DNA of 64,000 nt, from positions 32,001 through 96,000 of IMG/VR virus record IMGVR_UViG_3300025466_000012; one strand, 5' to 3'. A program made the translations under genes and the position numbers. This document shows positions 58,181 to 64,000 of the stretch, one piece after another; position 1 is the first letter of the stretch, and the number at the start of each line of letters is the position of its first letter. Source of the DNA: a virus. Below the pieces are notes generated by a model, which searched no databases, was not told where the DNA came from, and worked only from the letters and a program-made list of their open reading frames with translations.

Positions 58181-59377
58181 ATGGCCACACCAGACAAGTG
58201 CAGCTTCTGCATCAAGCACAAGGATCAGGTGGTAAAACTGATCGTGGTTGATGATGCAGCCATCTGCAACGAATGTGTGGACCTGTGCAGTGGACTGCTG
58301 ACTGATCCCAAGAAAAACACACGCAAGCGTGATCGCAAATTTCGTATACCGGACCCAAAAGAGCTGTATGAATACCTGGATCAGTTCGTGATTGGTCAAG
58401 AAACAGCCAAGCGTGCCTTGAGCGTGGCCATCGTGAACCATTACAAAAGAATCAGTTATGACGGTCTAGACCTGGAACTGCAAAAAAACAACATCATGCT
58501 GTTGGGTCCGACCGGGGTAGGCAAGACCCTTATGGCCCGAGTGGTGGCCAAGTATCTCAACGTGCCGTTCGTGATTGCCGACGCCACAACCTTGACCGAA
58601 GCCGGTTACGTGGGTGATGATGTAGATGTGTTGATCAGTCGACTGTATGTTGCTGCGGACGGTGATGTTGATCAATGTCAACGTGGTATCGTGTTCCTGG
58701 ATGAAGTAGACAAGATAGCACGCAAAAGCGAAAGCAACACCGTCAGCAAAGATGTATCAGGCGAAGGCGTACAACAGGCCCTGCTCAAACTGATAGAAGG
58801 CACTCGATGCCGCATCAATCCAGCAGGGAATCGGCGCAATCAGTCCAGTGATTCGGTTGAGATAGACACTCGAAATATCCTGTTTGTGGCCAGCGGGGCT
58901 TTTGTTGGTCTGTCGGAAATAATAAAAAAACGCACAGCTGGCACCACTATGGGGTTTGGCGCCAACACTGCCATAGTCTCAACCGATCTTGCACCCATGC
59001 CCGACGATCTGGTACGCTACGGACTCATACCTGAATTTGTTGGAAGGTTTTCTGGCACTGTGGTCCTGCAAGAGCTCGATCTCGATCAACTGCGAGCCAT
59101 ATTGATCACTATAAAAAACAATCTGGTAGATCAGTATCGTTGGTTGTTCCAGCAGGACGGAGTAGATCTGGTATTTGATTCAGACAGTCTGGCACTCATT
59201 GCCGGTCGCGCACTCAAGTCCGGCACCGGCGCACGTGGTCTACAGGCCGAAATCGAACGTGTGTTGTTGCCACACATGTACGATCTGCCACGCTACAGTC
59301 GCAACAACATACTTCACGTGGTCATCAACAAAGATCTGGTAAATACTCCCATGACTCTGTTACAGGAAAACACATGA
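58181..59377 (+). CDS. clpX: ClpX AAA+ unfoldase
   Basis: Zn-binding CSFC...CNEC; GPTGVGKT; TEAGYVG; FLDEVDK; MGF (IGF-like) loop; GARGL. Confidence 0.95.
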   Translation: MATPDKCSFCIKHKDQVVKLIVVDDAAICNECVDLCSGLLTDPKKNTRKRDRKFRIPDPKELYEYLDQFVIGQETAKRALSVAIVNHYKRISYDGLDLELQKNNIMLLGPTGVGKTLMARVVAKYLNVPFVIADATTLTEAGYVGDDVDVLISRLYVAADGDVDQCQRGIVFLDEVDKIARKSESNTVSKDVSGEGVQQALLKLIEGTRCRINPAGNRRNQSSDSVEIDTRNILFVASGAFVGLSEIIKKRTAGTTMGFGANTAIVSTDLAPMPDDLVRYGLIPEFVGRFSGTVVLQELDLDQLRAILITIKNNLVDQYRWLFQQDGVDLVFDSDSLALIAGRALKSGTGARGLQAEIERVLLPHMYDLPRYSRNNILHVVINKDLVNTPMTLLQENT

Positions 59378-59595
59378 AATTATATGGTCGATCAGTCTTG
59401 GTCAAGGACGACAATGTAGAAAAGGCCTTGCGCAAGTTCAAGAAAAAGATAGCCGATAGCGGTCTCTTGAACGAACTGCGCGACCGCGAAACCTATACCA
59501 AACCAACCACTGCCCGTAAAAAGAAAAAAGCCGCAGCGCAAAATCGGTGGCGCAAGCAGTTGCAGGCACAACAACTTCCAAAAAAATTATACTGA
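59374..59595 (+). CDS. rpsU: Ribosomal protein bS21
   Basis: [24 protein letters not shown] and basic C-terminal helix. Confidence 0.9.
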   Translation: MKLYGRSVLVKDDNVEKALRKFKKKIADSGLLNELRDRETYTKPTTARKKKKAAAQNRWRKQLQAQQLPKKLY

Positions 59596-59598
59596 TCC

Positions 59599-60594
59599 AT
59601 GGCCTATTGCAGGATAGTCAATCCCGGAGTGCTACGCTACAGTTGTAGCCAATATTCTCGACAGGCACTACAACACAGCTCGGCACTGGTTCTGTCAGAT
59701 CTGTCTAAAAATTCATTGACTGTGCATGATTTGACCAGCAATCTGTTGCTGATAGATTTCCTGGCCGAAGGACATGACCCCGACGTGATCGACCCCTTGA
59801 TCAAGTATCTCAGCACCATGATCGACGTTGCCCAGATACGGGTGTTGTTCAATGCCGCGGTCGACACCGACTCATTGCCCTACCGCGCCAGGTCATTTGT
59901 GACCCATTTTGCCAGTTGGGATGGAAGATTTGTCAATGACGGAGATCAAGCCAATGTGGTATTGGAACAAAAATTCCTGTGTCCGGTACGCAGGCCAAGT
60001 CTGGGACGGGCCTTGTTTGTCAGTCAATTGTTGTCCGCAGTGCCCAATGTGCGTGCCAGTTTTGGCAGCGGTTTTCCTACACACAGCCGCGATTTTCAAA
60101 AACATTTCCCCGATCATGTGTTGCCCATACTGTTCGATGGCGATGCTCAACAATACCAACACAATTTGGCGTCGGACCTGTTCCGCACCTGCCTGTTCAA
60201 CATCGTGGTCGAAACCAGCAATCAGATCGATACTGAAGGATGGACCAGCATTTTTATAACAGAAAAAACATTCAAGGCGTTTGATCTGTATCAGATACCT
60301 GTATGGTTCGCGGTTCCAGGTCTGGTCAATCAGGTGCGTCGGCTGGGATTTGATCTGTTTGATGATCTGGTTGATCACAGCTATGATTCTGAACCGGATC
60401 CCAAAATTCGATCCAGTCGGGTGATAGCTCAGATACAACAGCTGGACGCTGATCACAGTCTAGCAGATTGTCAACAGTTGCGCACACAAGTATGGCCACG
60501 GCTGTTGGCCAACCGAGACCGGCTGGACCAACTGACTGCTCAATACAATCACACCCAGGATCAGTTGATAGCCGAATTGATTGACACGCAGTGA
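59599..60594 (+). CDS. Glycosyltransferase-like protein (paralog family)
   Basis: NIVVET, FITEKTFKAF, PVWF, RRLGFDLFDD and HSYD motifs. Confidence 0.45.
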   Translation: MAYCRIVNPGVLRYSCSQYSRQALQHSSALVLSDLSKNSLTVHDLTSNLLLIDFLAEGHDPDVIDPLIKYLSTMIDVAQIRVLFNAAVDTDSLPYRARSFVTHFASWDGRFVNDGDQANVVLEQKFLCPVRRPSLGRALFVSQLLSAVPNVRASFGSGFPTHSRDFQKHFPDHVLPILFDGDAQQYQHNLASDLFRTCLFNIVVETSNQIDTEGWTSIFITEKTFKAFDLYQIPVWFAVPGLVNQVRRLGFDLFDDLVDHSYDSEPDPKIRSSRVIAQIQQLDADHSLADCQQLRTQVWPRLLANRDRLDQLTAQYNHTQDQLIAELIDTQ

Positions 60595-60603
60595 AAAAAC
60601 TGT

Positions 60604-60671
60604 TATAAATAAACATGTAGATGCCGATGGTCGGGTCTACACAGTCATCTTGCTTAATAAAGGAGAAAAAT
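60604..60671 (+). promoter_or_regulatory. Late promoter plus structured 5' UTR (ROSE-like RNA thermometer) of hsp20
   Basis: TATAAATA at 60604-11; hairpin at 60617-40; TCTTGCTT-AATA-AAGGAGA hairpin pairs the SD with a bulged G. Confidence 0.6.
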
Positions 60672-61103
60672 ATGACAAACACTTTAACCTTACGGTCTCT
60701 TGACCTTCCTTCGATACACAAATTTGGTATCGGATTTGATTCCATGTTTGATGAACTCAATCGAATACAGAATCAACAAACCAACTATCCGCCGTACAAT
60801 ATAGTGAAAATTTCAGAAGACAACTTCCTGATTGAAATCGCTGTGGCCGGATTTGCTCGAGATGAAATCGATATCCAGTTGGAAAATCGTGTGTTGACTG
60901 TGCGAGGAACCAAGACAGCATCAGCACATGACTATCTACACAAAGGTATCAGTGATCGTGATTTCGTAAGAAATTTCACCTTGGCCGAGCATGTGGAAGT
61001 GAATCATGCAGTGCAAAAAGATGGCATCTTGACTATCAATCTGGAACGTATCATTCCAGAGGAAAAGAAGCCAAAGACCATTGCTATCACTTACTCAAAG
61101 TAG
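60672..61103 (+). CDS. hsp20: Small heat shock protein (Hsp20/IbpA family)
   Basis: YPPYNI, IEIAVAGF, YLHKGI..R.F.R.F.L and DGILTI motifs. Confidence 0.95.
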   Translation: MTNTLTLRSLDLPSIHKFGIGFDSMFDELNRIQNQQTNYPPYNIVKISEDNFLIEIAVAGFARDEIDIQLENRVLTVRGTKTASAHDYLHKGISDRDFVRNFTLAEHVEVNHAVQKDGILTINLERIIPEEKKPKTIAITYSK

Positions 61104-61170
61104 TAAACTAGTGTAAATACAGTGGGCGAGTCTCGCCCACTGCTATACAACCAAGGTAAAAGGAACCAGC

Positions 61171-61479
61171 ATGTCACAATCAGACGCCATAACAAAAATA
61201 AAAATCAATCACGAGTTGGCAGAACCACCCATGTTCAAGGTCATATACCTCAATGATAGCCTGACCACCATGGAGTTCGTGATTGAAACCTTGATGAGTT
61301 TTTTTAATTATACCACCGAAACTGCTGTCAAGATCACCGAAGATATACATACTCTAGGTGCAGCCACTGTGGCAGTGTTGCCATATGAAATAGCCGAGCA
61401 AAAGGGTATCGAAGTCACAGTACATGCTCGCACACAAAATTTCCCGCTACAGATCAAGCTAGAACCCGAAGTGCCATAA
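61171..61479 (+). CDS. clpS: ClpS N-degron adaptor
   Basis: PPMFKVIYLND..TTMEFV; IH..G.A.V; FPLQIKLE. Confidence 0.92.
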   Translation: MSQSDAITKIKINHELAEPPMFKVIYLNDSLTTMEFVIETLMSFFNYTTETAVKITEDIHTLGAATVAVLPYEIAEQKGIEVTVHARTQNFPLQIKLEPEVP

Positions 61480-61518
61480 AACTAGTACAGCATAACACCC
61501 GGGCGGACAACTCTCAAT

Positions 61519-62307
61519 CTAGAACTTTATTTCAATGCGTTTGGGATGGTACACCGACTGTTTCCATTCGGTGTTGCCACGTCCGCGACAGTTGTTCACA
61601 TAACGGACTCCTTGGCTGATACGATCCACTGATTTGTGATAGTGCCCAAAGCACCAGGTGTCAATCTTGTGTTCGGTATCGCGAGTGAGCACAGTGCTCA
61701 TGAGACTGTTGCCCATGGTGTTGAACCTGTACTCACCACGCAGGTCCAGATCGTGTTCGATAAGCCAGCTGGCTGGCACAGTATGAGTGACCAACACAAT
61801 GCGTCGCACTTCTTGATGTGTTTGCAATCTTTTGACACTGTTGATCAGATACATGGCATCCTGGTATGCCCTGAGTTCGATTTCGTTACTGACCGGTGCA
61901 GGAAAACCATAGCGATCCTGCGTCCAGACTCGGGTTTCTTCAAGATCTATGTCGGCATCAAAATCGTAACTCCACCAACCGTTGGCAGCCAAGATGGCCA
62001 CACCATTGATTATGACCACATCGCTGTGCAAATAAACCACACCGGGTATGGATTTCAGGGTTTGTTCTACAGCTTGATAACTGCCGTTGAGGTCATCCAG
62101 TTGATGTCTATGTTCGTCGTTGCCATCTATATAAAACACAGCCTGGTAGCAACAAGCCAGGTGCCCGAGTGCATCTTCCATGGCTGCTGGATCTCGGCCA
62201 ACATCGCCGGCTACCACACAATAGGGACTGGTGGCTTGCCCGGTCCAGTCAAACTGCGGCCAGGTATCAACGTGTAGATCAGAAATTAAATCAAAGGCAA
62301 ATGTCAT
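61519..62307 (-). CDS. Calcineurin-like metallophosphoesterase
   Basis: SDLH, AGD, GNDEH, THTVP and FGHYH motifs. Confidence 0.85.
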   Translation of the reverse strand: MTFAFDLISDLHVDTWPQFDWTGQATSPYCVVAGDVGRDPAAMEDALGHLACCYQAVFYIDGNDEHRHQLDDLNGSYQAVEQTLKSIPGVVYLHSDVVIINGVAILAANGWWSYDFDADIDLEETRVWTQDRYGFPAPVSNEIELRAYQDAMYLINSVKRLQTHQEVRRIVLVTHTVPASWLIEHDLDLRGEYRFNTMGNSLMSTVLTRDTEHKIDTWCFGHYHKSVDRISQGVRYVNNCRGRGNTEWKQSVYHPKRIEIKF

Positions 62308-62331
62308 GATACATATTTAAAAGGAAATGCA

Positions 62332-62688
62332 ATGAACATAATATTTGGAACCGACCTAGTCGAAGGCATAGCGCAAAAACACACCCTGTTGGAATTGGAT
62401 ACCATACGTGTGATATCCACCGGCCAACTGAGCACAGCCTATTGTGTGGTAGAGAAGATACCAGTCGACGAGCTGACACGATTGGAAGAAATGAAAAATC
62501 TTCACGATGCCATGTTACAGGATTACAAGACCCGTGCCTGGAACGAGTGTGAAAAGAAGTTGCAACAACTCATGCACGCCTGGGGTACCGAGCTGGACAG
62601 TTTCTATGAGATCATGTTGGCCCGTGTCACGGAATTCAAGATCCAGGATCCAGGTCCATCATGGACAGCGGTCGTTGATCGAGACTAA
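62332..62688 (+). CDS. Hypothetical protein
   Basis: AAGGA RBS; intact ORF. Confidence 0.6.
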   Translation: MNIIFGTDLVEGIAQKHTLLELDTIRVISTGQLSTAYCVVEKIPVDELTRLEEMKNLHDAMLQDYKTRAWNECEKKLQQLMHAWGTELDSFYEIMLARVTEFKIQDPGPSWTAVVDRD

Positions 62689-63949
62689 GGCATATCTTGT
62701 CAGGATCTTGGGTTTGTGCAGACATTATTTTTTTTATACGATTGATATCTGCAATGTTAGGAAGGAGAATGCTAGTTTCATCAATCAACGCCTGCAGTTT
62801 GATAGGATCAGCTGTCTGATCATTCCAAAAATTTAAAAATCCCTGATAATCTTTAGATTGTGATACTTGTTGTATAGCAGTGTCTAGATTGGTTTTGAGT
62901 TCGGTTACTACCTGATCAAAAAATTCTGTGCTAAAAAAATGTTTGCGATTATGATCAGCTATGATCTGAGCTTGTGCAACACGTTCTTGGCGTATTTTAG
63001 GATCCCAGTTTTCTATATCTCGCATAAGACTGGTAATCTGTTTCAGTCTTGAATCAGAATCGGTTTCAAGGTCGTACTGCTCGGGCCAGATCTCGTCAAA
63101 AGTCCTAAATCCATAGTCGCGTAAATATTCCAGACTTCCATAAGTACCGGCCAATATGAATGGTTTGCCTAAAGCAATGGGTCGTAATATTTTTTCTGTC
63201 AGGTGCAAGCGCCCGTCGTCAAACAAGGTTTCCAATACCACTTCGATGTCGAACGTATTATAATCGTCAAGATCAAAGTCTGCGCTACTGTTACTGTCGG
63301 CGTCGGTTGGATGGAAATATTTTTCAAGATTGTGAATTGGTTTCCATTTTGGGTTATCAAATTGATGTTGTTGAAAGTGTGCTTGACAACCAGGATCTAC
63401 AGGATTGAACCAAGTACGACAACTATTAACCAAATCGTGGTCTATCAGGTAATCCAAAAATTTCAACCGGTATTCTCTGGTGCCGCCCCAAGATCTGTTG
63501 TACGCTAGAAATGTTTTTTGTGGGCAAGGATGTAGTACTACGTGCCGAGCATACCTAAACCAGTCTAGGGCAATAACAGCATGACTCCACCAATAACTTG
63601 GTACATAATTATCTTGTGTATATTGTTCTAGATTTGTGCTTCTTTTTTCGCTATGCAACAACACCGACTGTTGACGCATACTAGGGTATTTAAAATGCTT
63701 AAATTTTCCAAATAATGAGTCATATCTCACCATATTTTTATAAAAATCATAAGCGAGAGGTTCCTGATCGTGACAGTATATGTGTGGATGCATCACCTCA
63801 AGGTAAAAGTCTATAAGCCTTGTTGTAGTCAAATCTAGTAGATTTTTTGACCCGTGCGGGTAAAAACGATAAATTATAACACGATCTTTGAAAATGGATT
63901 GTGCAGTATCTTCAATGTACTGATACAGGCGATCTAATGGTATACTCAT
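62636..63949 (-). CDS. Glycosyltransferase-like protein (paralog family)
   Basis: EVVLET, LTEKILRPI, KPFI, LRDYGFRTF and YD motifs; minus-strand GTAAATA upstream (63956-62). Confidence 0.5.
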   Translation of the reverse strand: MSIPLDRLYQYIEDTAQSIFKDRVIIYRFYPHGSKNLLDLTTTRLIDFYLEVMHPHIYCHDQEPLAYDFYKNMVRYDSLFGKFKHFKYPSMRQQSVLLHSEKRSTNLEQYTQDNYVPSYWWSHAVIALDWFRYARHVVLHPCPQKTFLAYNRSWGGTREYRLKFLDYLIDHDLVNSCRTWFNPVDPGCQAHFQQHQFDNPKWKPIHNLEKYFHPTDADSNSSADFDLDDYNTFDIEVVLETLFDDGRLHLTEKILRPIALGKPFILAGTYGSLEYLRDYGFRTFDEIWPEQYDLETDSDSRLKQITSLMRDIENWDPKIRQERVAQAQIIADHNRKHFFSTEFFDQVVTELKTNLDTAIQQVSQSKDYQGFLNFWNDQTADPIKLQALIDETSILLPNIADINRIKKIMSAQTQDPDKICLSLDQRPLSMMDLDPGS

Positions 63950-64000
63950 GACTGGTATTTACAACAGATTTTAACTACATAAAAAAAATGATACTATATC

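Noticed and set aside
61121-61141. Hairpin AGTGGGCGAG/CTCGCCCACT as the hsp20 terminator
   Set aside because: It has no U-tract and lies downstream of a late-promoter motif, so it may instead be a clpS 5' UTR structure; function unresolved.
75-63508. Many short antisense or alternate-frame ORFs in the supplied track (e.g. 20339-20776, 24395-24916, 37170-37766, 49537-50205, 61636-62277)
   Set aside because: They overlap well-supported genes, lack an RBS and recognisable motifs, and look like shadow ORFs.
1-64000. Stop-codon reassignment, as in some jumbo phages
   Set aside because: Core genes are full length in the standard code, and TAA, TGA and TAG all terminate genes.
1-64000. tRNA or rRNA genes
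   Set aside because: Intergenic gaps are short and none showed a cloverleaf or T-loop signature by eye; a tRNAscan-SE run would confirm.

Overview
A 64-kb slice of a large lytic dsDNA myophage with T4-like head, tail and recombination modules, in standard genetic code and nearly all on the + strand. A betaproteobacterial host is inferred from the OmpA-, IscU- and IscA-type genes. Core genes: tail tube, gp4-like head-completion nuclease, terminase, gp32-like SSB, UvsX/UvsY/UvsW, primase, DnaB-like helicase, a 188-aa DnaE-like polymerase core, NrdAB plus glutaredoxin, DNA ligase and PAAR. Host-derived accessory genes: IscU, IscA, ClpX, ClpS, Hsp20, ribosomal protein bS21 and OmpA. Main observations: (1) a 988-aa putative capsid-internal polyprotein built from ~200-bp cassettes joined by GVAE(G/D) linkers, one exactly duplicated and also present as a free-standing early gene 39 kb away, plus several genes with capsid-targeting-like N-termini; (2) a fractured uvsW gene with a naturally split intein around a free-standing nuclease; (3) an intein at an Fe-S ligand cysteine of IscU, flanked by two homing endonucleases and a leftover iscU 5' fragment; (4) candidate RNA regulators: a gene-32-type pseudoknot, a ROSE-like thermometer before hsp20, and late-promoter hairpins on endonuclease genes; (5) repeated early-promoter cassettes and insertions that duplicate translation starts. 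No tRNA, rRNA or CRISPR array was seen. All family assignments are by motif recognition, not database search.
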